A stretch of 56,082 nucleotides of DNA. Source: Octopus bimaculoides. Its lineage: Eukaryota. The position numbers and the translations under genes are program-made. The DNA lies in the NCBI RefSeq assembly GCF_001194135.2, contig NC_068981.1:133055251-133111332 (forward strand), read 5' to 3'. Below the pieces are notes generated by a model. It was not told where the DNA came from. It worked only from the letters and a program-made list of their open reading frames with translations, and did no database searches. Below, piece after piece: positions 24,331-36,360 of this stretch (the stretch's first letter is position 1; the number at the start of each line of letters is the position of its first letter).

Positions 24331-24939
24331 TAAACTATGCACAATCATGTAAATTTACTTTACTATTCTTCCATAATTATTTTGCTTGATATTTTGAAGT
24401 ATATATTTCATTTATGAGATCACAATAATCTGGGAGTTGTTTTCTGCATTTGACAAAATCATTATAAGAATATTTGTGTATTGCTCAATACTGTATTTTT
24501 CACCGAATAATGATTGTCTATGAACCCTTTTTTGTTACAATTAGTTAAGAAAATAACGAAGCATTCAGTAAAATAACTTTGTCATTACTAAAGCTAACGT
24601 TTGGAAGATAAAGTAAAGTAAAATTTTAATGGAAGTTTCAATGTAGATCACTTTAAAACAGGATGCTTGTGTCATAAAACCAGAGGCAATCTTGGCGGAT
24701 TGGCGTCAAAAACGTTAATACTTCCTGCATTAAACATTCTCTTTGACCACTGACTCTCATTTCTTCCATGTGCATATCACCTGCATATATTATTATTTGA
24801 TAGATATCAGTTCTGACCTGAAAATATGTTAGCATTGTTTGGGTCTTTTATTCTCTTAAATCAGATGGAATTGGTCTCTCAAATTTATAGACGTTTATAA
24901 AACAGGGTATAGCCGAGAAAATGAATTTCACTAGATTAC

Positions 24940-25045
24940 CGCTAGTCATTTCATCGATATCAGAGGGATGAAAAGCCAAGTCCATTTCGGTGGCAGTTTG
25001 AACTCAGAAATACAAACAGACGCCACTAAATATCTCAAAGCAGTT
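24940..25045 (-). mobile_element. S2 SINE fragment
   Basis: catttcatcgat...gggatgaaaagccaagtc...tttgaactcagaa. Confidence 0.6.
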
Positions 25046-25149
25046 AAATTTGATGCTCTACCGTTTTCCAGCTTCCCTCATCTTTCTAGTGTTGATAAAA
25101 TTAGCACCAATAACATACGCGGGTTAAATGAATCAAATTCAATACACAC

Positions 25150-25191
<42 letters not shown>

Positions 25192-26989
25192 GCACACGCA
25201 CACACACACACACATACTCAACCACTCGCTTTCACACATATGTACGTGTTTGTATGCCATACATATGTATACATATATATACATGTATAATTACGTACAT
25301 ATAGATGTATTATTATGTATATATNNNNNNNNNNNNNNNNNNNNNNNNNNNNNNNNNNNNNNNNNNNNNNNNNNNNNNNNNNNNNNNNNNNNNNNNNNNN
25401 NNNNNNNNNNNNNNNNNNNNNNNNNNNNNNNNNNNNNNNNNNNNNNNNNNNNNTAGATACCTATACTTATATACTTATGCACGCACACACACATGTGTAT
25501 ATATATATATATATATATATGTCCCATGCAAAACTTTGTACTTAATCAAAATTAATCAATCTCTGAATCTCTAGATTTGTGCATCGCAGATCTAATTGCA
25601 TGATTCCTGTGAGCGATGTCAGTTATTGAGTTTCTATAGCCATTTCACTTCAATTATGGCTCCAATACATTTGGTAAACGCAGGAATTTCTTAACTTTCT
25701 ATTTATCCTGACGCAAGAACACTTTTGAATTCACATCTATGTAAGAAATAATTATTTGGATTTCTGTGGACAATAAATCAAACCCACTTGCTTTCAAATT
25801 AAAAGAAATCTCACGACAGTAGCCTCGTTATGAAACTCAAATCTTCCATTTTGACGGAGATAATATATTTTCGACATCGTAATTCCATAACGCTTCGGAA
25901 AAAGACATGATTATGAGTGTTAAATATAATTACCGGCATTGCGATTTATTGGGATAAACTGCTATCCTATTTTATTTCGCGGAAACTGTTTAAAAGAAAA
26001 CTGAGATGAGTTTTACAATTAGGCTACAACAAGCCTGAAAATATTTATTATTATCCTCAGATGCGGTTGTAAAAATTGCTATAATCTTAGCCATTATCAC
26101 TGACATACACCTCATAATCGAATACACTCATTGTTGTCTTATGAATTTATTATAGATCTCTTAAACAATAAACCTATTTTTTAAAACTATATATCAAACA
26201 AAGAGATGCCAATCTGAGTCTTTTTGTTTTCTTTTCGTATTCCGGGAAATGATATTATGATGAATATTGAGAATAAAGATATTATCTTCTCGAAAGAAAA
26301 TTTACTGGTAGATGACGACGTGATGTCATTACATACTGGAGTTGATTGATAATTCAGAAAGATAAAAAAATAGTATTTGTAATTTTGTTATTTGTCTTAC
26401 TTTTCAGATTGATGCGATGAAATAATATCAAGATTTGTTTTATGAATAAATTTCTTAAATCGAATAAAATCAATTTATTTAAAGTAAATTTGCATGGAGA
26501 AATAATATTGAAAATACTAAATCTATTTATTTTCTTCGTTTTATTTTCCAGCTCTAAGAAAACAATTTACTTTACAACCGTGTTTAGAATGCGAATGATT
26601 TGTCATCAAACCATTACACTCGACTACTTCGCTATCTAATATTCAAGAAAAATAATTAAAAACCTTACAGTAGTAAATTTTACCCCGAATAATGATAGCA
26701 AGCTTGAAATACAGTCTGGTATGGAAAGGCTAGCGGAGAGCGTAGATTTTGAGCATTAATTGTTAAACAAACAATTGTTTACACACCAAAATTGCAATAG
26801 AACAACGAAAATCGAGCCTACGCTTGTTTAGAAACATCACAAAATTCTCATTAATCACACGACACAACTTAATACAAGGTATACAACCTTTATAAGACTG
26901 AACAAAGAACTGAGAGCTACATAAAATCTTACTAAGTGAACTGGGTACTATTATGATGCATTCTAAATTAAGAGATAATGCTTACTGGT

Positions 26990-27540
26990 ATGAACAGTCA
27001 CTGAAGTTAAAGATCTTACTATCCTCTGGGATTTTCCAGTCAAAACCGACAGAACGATCCAGGTTAGTCGACTAGACATAGTCATTAAGAACAGGGAAGA
27101 AAATACTTGTAGACTAATAGATGTAAGTGTTTCCACTGATAAAGTATATCTGTAAAGTAATTTGACAAATTAAGTAAATATAAAGACCTGAAAATTGAAA
27201 TACAAGAGATGTGGCATCTTAAAACCAGAATTGTTCCTGTTATTGCAGGTGCCCTAGGTTTGATAAAAAAAGGGATATCAGAAACATCTAGATAACATCC
27301 CAGTAGAACTATGTCTCAGAGAAATCCAAAAGGTTGTGCTGACAATTGTTGCCCGCATCTTAAAGAAAAATCAATTTAAATGTCTGTGTTGTATTACATG
27401 AAGATATTTCACTACTGCTCCTGTCGCTTCCCCTCTCCAAGCTTTCGGTCATACTGTAACATCTCTTATCCTTCACTCGCTCTAGGACGCTGGGTGTGTC
27501 TCGGCTAGTGATTGTAACAAACATGCAGATTAAAAGTAAA
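26990..27540 (+). mobile_element. R4/Dong-type LINE 3' fragment A (oldest-looking; may extend left to about 26700)
   Basis: LTILWDFPVKTDRTIQVSRLDIVIKNREENTCRLIDVSV...KYKDLKIEIQEMWHLKTRIVPVIAGALGLIKKG; ends in (TAA)n. Confidence 0.85.
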
Positions 27541-27712
<172 letters not shown>

Positions 27713-28566
27713 AAGAAACTTGAACAACAACGTAACATGATAAAACGATGGCAAGAAAAGCCCCTACATGGCAAATATTGGGTTAAGCTAAACATAAAAG
27801 AAATAGACAAAGCAAAATCCCAACAACGGCTGAAAAGCTCAGGACTTAAAGCAGAGACGGAAAGATTTTTCCCACCAGAAATCACCATAAAACATGTAAT
27901 GAAAAGAAATACAAGTAATTGCAGAATATGTAGTGATGGAGAAGAAACAATAAATCATATTGTCTCTGACTGCCCAGTCCTGGCTAAGAAGAAATATATT
28001 CACAGACACGCCAGAGTTGGGACCTAGATACACTGGAAGCTATGCCAATACTATGGAATAAAAACAGATAAAAGATGGCATAGGCACACCCCCAGAAAAG
28101 GTCACAGAAAATGAAAAAAACCACCATACTCTGAGATATACCAATACACACAGATAGAGATATTAAGGCCAATAGGCCGGATATAGCTGTCAGAGATCAT
28201 CAAGGAGAAAATGCTTTCTAATCGATGTATCAATACCAACAGATGACTATGTTTCTCTAAAACAAACGGAGAAAGTTACAAATTACAAAGTCCTGGAAAT
28301 AGAGGTAATTCGAATGTGGAGCCTAAAAGCAGAAACAATTCCTATTATATTAGGCGCATTACGTATGATTAAAAACAAAAACACCAGGGCTTACAAGAAT
28401 ATACAACATGCAGAAAATAGCGCTACTAGGCACTGCACACATCCTACGTAAAACATTATCAGTGCAGTGAAACTAAGAGCACCACAACAAACTACAGCAC
28501 ATACCCAAGGCACACAAAGCTGCGCCCGGTAGTGCAGTGAAAGCACGAGATAAAAATAAGACTGAC

Positions 28567-28567
<1 letters not shown>
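27713..28567 (+). mobile_element. R4/Dong-type LINE 3' fragment B
   Basis: WQEKPLHGKY...SSGLKAETE...CRICSDGEETINHIVSDC (CCHC)...IKANRPDI...TIPIIIGAL; followed by (TAA)n at 28568-28621. Confidence 0.92.
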
Positions 28568-28624
<57 letters not shown>

Positions 28625-28769
28625 CACTATGTACAAATCCAAATATATGGTACCTTAGGCATAATACCTATATGAACTTCTAACTTGTTGTCCTTTGAGT
28701 TCTCTGGATGAGACTTGGATCCAACTTGTACAAATGAAAAACAAAAGTCAAACATAAAATAATAACAAT

Positions 28770-29666
28770 AATAATGAAAGATTGCAAAGATAAAGCCCTG
28801 TACAAGAAATTGAAAACGAATGAAACTGAAAATAGGTGGGTAAAGAAAAGAATGCATTGTCAATTTCATAGGGATGTTGAAGATAACACAGACAGCGAAA
28901 AAAGATGGCAGTGGATGACTAAAAGTGATTTAAAACCGGAAACGGAGGCTCTAATCTGTGCTGCCGAAGAGCAAGCACTAAGAACAAACTGCATAAAATA
29001 CAGAATAAACAACACATCAGAAGGCGATAAGTGCAGAATCTGTGGACAAAATAGTGAAACTGTATGACATATTACCAGCCAATGTGCGCCACTAGCCTAG
29101 AAGGAATATAAGAGACGTCATGACAATATAGCCAGGCTTGTCCATTGGACACTTTGCAACAAATATGGACTTGACAGAACAAAAAATTGGTACGACCACA
29201 AACCCGAAGCATCATCGAAAATAAAAATGCAAAGATCCTATGGGATTTTGTGATTCAGTGCGACCATGAGATAAAGAATAGGAAGCCGGACATAGTCTTA
29301 AATGAGAAAGGAAACAAACTATGCTGGATCATAGATATAGCATGCCCAGTTGACAAGATATGCGAAAAGGAAGAAAGAAAAGTCGAAATATATGACAGGT
29401 TAGCTTGGGAATTTAAGCAGTTGTGGTCAATGAAAAAAGTAGCAGTGGTACCAATAATTGTCGGAGCCCTGGGGACAGTGAGCAAAAATCTCGTGGGACA
29501 GATAGGGGCTGCAATAAGGGTGGAGCAATTGCAGATAACAGCACTGCTTGGAACCGCTCGAATACTCCGGAATGTGCTCGAAAAATAAGTTTTACCTTAG
29601 TTCACTGGTAGTGAACAGCTGACACTGTAGTACATCTCCAGCGTTAGAAGCTGTGCAAAGGCAATA

Positions 29667-29667
<1 letters not shown>
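28770..29667 (+). mobile_element. R4/Dong-type LINE 3' fragment C
   Basis: ETEALICAAEEQALRTN...CRICGQNSETV*HITSQC...RHDNIARLVHW...ILWDFVIQCDHEIKNRKPDIV...IIDIACP...VVPIIVGALG; followed by (TAA)n. Confidence 0.93.
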
Positions 29668-29718
<51 letters not shown>

Positions 29719-29853
29719 GTAATAATAATAGTTTATTATTATAAAAGGTTATTATTATTAATAATAACCTATTATAACCTATTATTAATAATAACCTATC
29801 ATTAATTATAACCTATTATAATAGGTTATTAATAATAATAATAATAATAATAA
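29668..29853. repeat. (TAA)n plus AT-rich ATAACCT(ATT) repeats with local palindromes, running into a gap
   Basis: Directly visible; includes AATAACCTATTATAATAGGTTATT-type inverted symmetry near 29810-29835. Confidence 0.9.
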
Positions 29854-30159
29854 NNNNNNNNNNNNNNNNNNNNNNNNNNNNNNNNNNNNNNNNNNNNNNN
29901 NNNNNNNNNNNNNNNNNNNNNNNNNNNNNNNNNNNNNNNNNNNNNNNNNNNNNNNNNNNNNNNNNNNNNNNNNNNNNNNNNNNNNNNNNNNNNNNNNNNN
30001 NNNNNNNNNNNNNNNNNNNNNNNNNNNNNNNNNNNNNNNNNNNNNNNNNNNNNNNNNNNNNNNNNNNNNNNNNNNNNNNNNNNNNNNNNNNNNNNNNNNN
30101 NNNNNNNNNNNNNNNNNNNNNNNNNNNNNNNNNNNNNNNNNNNNNNNNNNATATGTATA

Positions 30160-30320
30160 TTGAAATTTAAAGAAAAACAAAAGATGGAGACAGGTGTATA
30201 AACAACAAACAGGTGCATTAGTTTAACGCTCGGGAAGGTGAGAAAGTCTTTTACGTTTCGAGCCTTTGCTCTTCAACAGAAAGGTAGACGAGGAAATAAA
30301 CAGAGACAGAATAAAAAACT
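30160..30320 (-). mobile_element. Penelope pLTR fragment, family B
   Basis: Homologous to 1-175 and 42620-42800. Confidence 0.75.
30248..30283 (-). ncRNA. Hammerhead-like motif with variant core CUGUUGA
   Basis: Minus strand CTTT-CTGTTGA-A-GAGC-AAAG-GCTC-GAAAC-GTA-AAAG; all stems intact, A6 replaced by U. Confidence 0.6.
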
Positions 30321-30859
30321 TTTGGAGCAATGTATGTATGTATGTATGTATGTATGTATGTATGTATGTATATATGTATGTGTGTGTGTGTCTGTGCCTT
30401 TGTGTGCGCGCGGTCACATACAATATAATATAATCGACGTAACTTTACTTTGTGGCTATGTATATTCTCGTGGTTAATAGCAAAGATACTAGGAATCAAA
30501 TTGTTTGTGTTAGTAATGCAGTAATTTAGTACGTAATAGGTTACATGCTTGTTGTTATTGTTGTTGTTTTTGTTGTTTAAATAAGCATTTTCTAGAAGGC
30601 ATTCCAGCCGTGCGCGTCTTGTTTAAAAATGATGTAAGGATTACATTTTGCAATGTCTTTTCCTTATTTAAGACAGCAGGGTATGGTTTGAAGGAGACTT
30701 AGCTGCGGTTTCTTGCATGTCGAGTGATTACGTACAGGCTAAACAGTTGTATGGTTTAGTCCAAGGGCTGGGTACTGGTATTTGTTACAGAAATTTCAAT
30801 TACTTTGCGGGAGACTGTTAGTGGTTTAGAATGGTGATGATAATAACAATTGCGAGTAG

Positions 30860-31365
30860 GAGGTGAAGTGGAAGAGGAGGAGGAGGAGGGGAGGAGTAAG
30901 GGAAGAGAAGAGGAGGAGAAAAGGGAGGTGAGTAAGGAAGGAGAAGAGGAGGAAGATGAGAGGAAGGCGAGGGGACGAAGAGAGGAATAGAGGAGTAGAG
31001 GAAGTGGAAAGGAGGTGTGTGGAGAAAATTAAATAGGATGATAACATTTATGAAGGCGACTGCGATGACGACGACGACTACGATGATGATGACGACAATG
31101 ACGATGATGATAAGGATGAAGATGAGGGGGTGGAGCACAAGGATTATAATGATGGAGGAGGGGAAGGAAGAGGAGGATTATGATGATGAGGATGATGATA
31201 ATAATAAGGAGGATAATGATGCTGCTGACGATGGTAGTGGTGATGATGATGATGGTGATGATGGTGATGATGGTGATGATGATGATGATGAGATGATGAT
31301 GACGATGGTGATAACGACAACAACGGCGATGGTGATTACGATAATGGTGCTGATGCTGATGCCAA
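30860..31365. repeat. Low-complexity block: GA-rich polypurine tract then degenerate (GAT/GAC/GGT)n
   Basis: Directly visible. Confidence 0.9.
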
Positions 31366-32230
31366 TTATCTTTCCAACAAACAATAGTCAACAACATTTT
31401 CTCTACACATGTATCTTATTTCTAAACAATTTCTGAGGTTTTCTGGGGTTTTTTTTTTCATTTTCTTCCTTAAGGTGTAATAGAAAATAATAACGAGTGG
31501 AACATCGATGAATTTAATAATAAAATCAAAATATTGAAGAATTCGAGAAAACAAAAGGTAAAAAGCAAAAAACAAAGCAAAAAAAAACAAAAACAGAACG
31601 ACAACACAAAACAACACAATATAAAGGTTATTGATATCCTCTAGAGAAGGTTAGGTCTTAATATTATTAATGTTGTTAATGTTTTAATTTAATTTCCCTC
31701 TCGTAGGAAATAATTAGGTGTTGTACAATATATCTGAGACACTTGGGAATTGAAAGGAAGAGAAGCTGCAATTGTGATGCAGTGTAGTGAAATACTATGG
31801 TTATGCAGCTGAACATGGCTCCTGGCAGTAAAAAAGCTTCATATTTCTCAAAATCAATTAAACATTCCAAATGGATACAATTGCCGAGTAAGAAACGCTG
31901 AATGGTACTTATATCAATTCTTGTCAGCGTCGCCAAAGAAATTCTATTTAATCCCTGGAATTTCTCATTGTATTTTCTATGAGAATTGCTCTAGGATTCC
32001 GATGAACATTTTGGCCATGGATTTTATCTATCTATCTATCTATCTATAAGTTATATATATATATATNNNNNNNNNNNNNNNNNNNNNNNNNNNNNNNNNN
32101 NNNNNNNNNNNNNNNNNNNNNNNNNNNNNNNNNNNNNNNNNNNNNNNNNNNNNNNNNNNNNNNNNNNNNNNNNNNNNNNNNNNNNNNNNNNNNNNNNNNN
32201 NNNNNNNNNNNNNNNNNNNNNNNNNNNNNN

Positions 32231-32263
<33 letters not shown>

Positions 32264-32599
32264 ATACATATATGTATGTATACATAGATGCATACACATA
32301 CATACATATACATACATGCATATATATATATGTATATATGTATATACGCACACACATATATACATACACACACATATATACATATATACATACTTACATA
32401 TACACATTCATACACACACACACACATATATATATATATACATACATCATACATGCATACATACATATATGCATATATGCATACATTTATGTATGTATAT
32501 GTATATATAGCATAAAAGGAAAAGAAAACAATATATATCCCATCCAAGAATAAAATGTATTTAAAAAAAACCAGAAAAATATCAACTAGATTATGACTG

Positions 32600-33580
32600 A
32601 GAGATAACAGCTATCACCATGATCTCGAGACGGCTTCGGAACTTAGTGCACGTGTTCATCATTGTATCTCGAGGAAGATCATCGAAAACCTCTTCATCTT
32701 GGCCACCAGCTCGACCTTGGTGTTGCAGGCAGAGCGGTTGGTGTTTTTCTCAACTGCGCTCTACACATACCAAACCAGAGAATTACAATAATCTTGGGGG
32801 TTAGGAAGCTAGAAATTGGGGCTAGTGAAGTCGTATAAATTCTCCGACAACCACCTCTGATTCTTTCCTGAGGTATAGCAAAGAGCTGAATACCGCTACT
32901 ACACATATGGCCTTCCAGCAGCAATCCTTTCCAGCGAAGGGTTACGCATCGATCAGCTTCACATAATCGTCTGAATTGAGCCTAAGACCCTGTTCAAAGA
33001 AGTGGGACGGCATGACATCATCCACACTGGAGATACATTCCAAAACCTTCACAACTTAGGGGAACTTAGTTTTCACGTTGCGTGAGACATCACGTGGATT
33101 GTGGGCAAGTCACCTGTTGTTCTGGGTGTTGTGCGACTGGTCCTGGGAGAAATTCTTTTCAACTGAGAAGAACCAGATCATCCCCGGTTCAACAGTATTC
33201 CCTAGCTTATTCAGGAGTTTATTTGTCTTTGTCAAGTAGTTCTAGGCTTTAGCTGTCAGAATCTCTCCCTTGCGCCTCTTGTTCGAGTGGTAACGAAAGT
33301 CCTCATTTAGGGCTAGCTTCATAGTAGCGACTCCAGCACTCATCTCTCTCGACAAATCCCGGATTCACTTGTTCGGATCTTCCATCACCTTGTCCTGAAG
33401 TTGCAGGATAAATTTCAAGCTGAACGCCTGTATCGGTGGCAGTGTGTCTATGTCGCGTCTTACAGCCTTTACAGTGCTCAAAAAGCGTTGAGCAGCGGAC
33501 ATGATATCGACATTTTGATACCAGCCGCGAATCCTCATGCTCTATGTAACACGTTCTCAGCATTCAGATGACTCCCAGTC
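32600..33580 (-). mobile_element. Second Tc1/mariner DD37D (maT-type) transposase fossil, different subfamily
   Basis: Reverse complement reads GMIWFFSVEKNFSQDQSHNTQNNR...KTKFP*VVKVLECISSVDDVMPSHFFEQGLRLNSDDYV...SPNF*LPNPQDY...SAVEKNTNR; TIRs not identified. Confidence 0.85.
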
Positions 33581-33820
33581 TCCATGTCAGTTAATTTTTT
33601 CTCAATTACAACTTTAAACTTTATACTCTCCAATACTATTGACTGTTCACCAATACATCAGGAAGTTCCTTCAAAATAAAAGAAACATGAAATATCGTCG
33701 AATTTAGCTTAGCATCTCTCTGTGTCTCTCTGTCTCTCTCTCTGTATGTATATATACACACACATATGCATATGTGAGTGCGTGTGTATCTACGTATGTA
33801 TGTGTATATTTATGTATGCG

Positions 33821-33852
<32 letters not shown>

Positions 33853-33929
33853 TGTATGTATGTATGTGTGTATATGTATGTATGCAGGTATGTATGTATA
33901 AGTTTCAAAGCTTCAGTAAATGAATGTAT

Positions 33930-34118
33930 CATTTATTTTGTTCGGTCATTGAACCGCGGTCATGCTTAGATACCTCTTAAAGGGTTTAGGCGAGCTCAAG
34001 TACTTATTTTTTTATTAAAGCTTGGTACTGATTATATCGCTCTCTGATGCCGAACCGCTCAGTTACAGGGACGTAAACAAGCTAACACCAGTTGTGAAGC
34101 AGTGGTAGGTGACAAACC

Positions 34119-34209
<91 letters not shown>

Positions 34210-34365
34210 TACATACACAACGGGCTTCTTTTAGTTTCCGTTAATCAAATCCACTCACAAGTCTTTGTTGGCCCGGGACTGTAGAAAACATTTGATCAAG
34301 GATTAGCGCAATGGAACTGAACCCGAGACCACATGTTTGATAAGCAAGCCTCTCAGCTATACATC
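33930..34365 (-). mobile_element. S1 SINE, diverged, internal (CA)n
   Basis: gccgaaccgctcagttacagggacgtaaac...gggcttcttttagtttccg...ccactcacaag matches S1. Confidence 0.8.
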
Positions 34366-35069
34366 CTCAACTCGCATGCACGATACGAAATATAACTTTA
34401 AAATTTTTTCTTTCATTTTCTTTCATTCATATGAAGACGTATAAACGAAGAGAAGAGTCAAGCCCTGTTATGGCCCAGAAATGATAGTATCAGACAACTA
34501 ATAGAAGAAGCAGCAGATCATATTTTGCCACCGACTTTGAGCTTCACTTATTGTAAAAACATTTGAACGTTTTCTTGTGAGACCAATAAATAACAATGAA
34601 AATCTGCCACCACAAAACTTCGCTGTTTTCTTTCGAGCGATAAGAATCTTTGGCTCCGAATAACTGACGTTGCTATGTACAGTGGATTCAAACGAGATAT
34701 GAACGACTGAAATTCAACTGTAGTCTGAATTCTTTTCAATTAGAACACCAATACCATCCCAATATATTTGCAATATTTTTTGATAATTTATCCATTTGTT
34801 CAACCTTTTCTAACCGAACCGACGAAGGAGACTCTACGTTGTAATTCGATCTACAAGAAATAACAGCTGAAAATCTTTCAAATCATACCCAAGCGTTTAA
34901 AACAAAGAAATTACATACACACACATGCCCACACCACATAATGTAATCATACATATTACATTCTCTTAAGAAGATGAGAGGGCTACGGCTGGAATCCTTC
35001 AGCAGGACTGACCGAAGGACGAAAAACAACACTAGCATCAGCAACATCTTTTGATAGTTTCTGATTTAA

Positions 35070-35270
35070 GCGTGAGGTCAACAGTTTTGAGGGGAGTGGT
35101 TGAATCGATTACATAGGTCCCAATTCTGAATGAACTGTTACTTTATTTTATCGGCCCCGAAAGAATGAAAGCCAATGTTAACTTCGTCGGTAGGAATTCA
35201 AATCAGAACATATTGAGTCGGGAAAAAATGCCACATGGCAATTATTCCGACGCTCTAACGATTCAGCCTC
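35070..35270 (-). mobile_element. S2 SINE, diverged
   Basis: ttattttatcggccccgaaagaatgaaagcc...cgctctaacgattc. Confidence 0.7.
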
Positions 35271-36004
35271 TCAGTCACACAAAAATTCCTCAAATTATTT
35301 TTTAATTACAGAAGAAACAGCTTACTTGTCGATCCAGATTCGTCAAACGTTAAAGAAAACAAACTTACCTGTTGAGGAAAAAGAAGAAAAGAATATTAGT
35401 CGAATCAACAAATGNNNNNNNNNNNNNNNNNNNNNNNNNNNNNNNNNNNNNNNNNNNNNNNNNNNNNNNNNNNNNNNNNNNNNNNNNNNNNNNNNNNNNN
35501 NNNNNNNNNNNNNNNNNNNNNNNNNNNNNNNNNNNNNNNNNNNNNNNNNNNNNNNNNNNNNNNNNNNNNNNNNNNNNNNNNNNNNNNNNNNNNNNNNNNN
35601 NNNNNNNNNNNNNNNNNNNNNNNNNNNNNNNNNNNNNNNNNNNNNNNNNNNNNNNNNNNNNNNNNNNNNNNNNNNNNNNNNNNNNNNNNNNNNNNNNNNN
35701 NNNNNNNNNNNNNNNNNNNNNNNNNNNNNNNNNNNNNNNNNNNNNNNNNNNNNNNNNNNNNNNNNNNNNNNNNNNNNNNNNNNNNNNNNNNNNNNNNNNN
35801 NNNNNNNNNNNNNTATATATAATGATTCTGTAATAAAAATACACTTCGTTCAAATGGGTCTGAGAATGCTATAAAGTATCACCCTGATATCAACCCTCAT
35901 TGCACGTTTCCTTAAGGAAGGCATATTCGAGTGATAGCTATTGAATCTAGTTGCGAAACCGCTATTCTTTCGTCATTCATCTAGTATATATAATTAGTTA
36001 ATAA

Positions 36005-36210
36005 AAAAGAAGAGGAAGACAGAACAAGAAAAATACAACAACGCGAGGACGTGCTACATGTAAAGTCTTAGCAAACGCTCAAGGAAGGAAAGAAATGTAG
36101 TTTTACGTTTCGAGCAAAGCTCTTCGTCAGAAACAAGAGACGGAGGTAAGTTCAAGAGAAAAGGAAGACGGTGGAAAAATATCGCAATGATCCACATGTG
36201 GTTACGTGTT
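36005..36210 (-). mobile_element. Penelope-type terminal-repeat element, family A, second copy
   Basis: Homologous to 18322-18535. Confidence 0.75.
36100..36134 (-). ncRNA. Minimal type I hammerhead ribozyme motif, canonical core
   Basis: 35 of 35 nt identical to 18424-18458 while the flanks show several substitutions. Confidence 0.8.
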
Positions 36211-36360
36211 GATATATATATGTATGTTTGTGTGTGTGTGTGTGTAATTATTTGATTTGATCTCTGTAACATAATACAATAAAGTGTTGCCCTAATGATC
36301 CTTTGTGGCTAAGCGTTCATAAAACCTCCATACAACCCCAAAACATCCGGGCTAACATAC

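Noticed and set aside
26258-26350. ENLLVDDDVMSLHTGV resembling the PLE RT motif LVSFDVxSLYT
   Set aside because: Isolated short match with no neighbouring RT motifs found.
31017-31436. Met/Asp/Thr-rich 139-aa ORF
   Set aside because: Product of a degenerate (GAT)n array.
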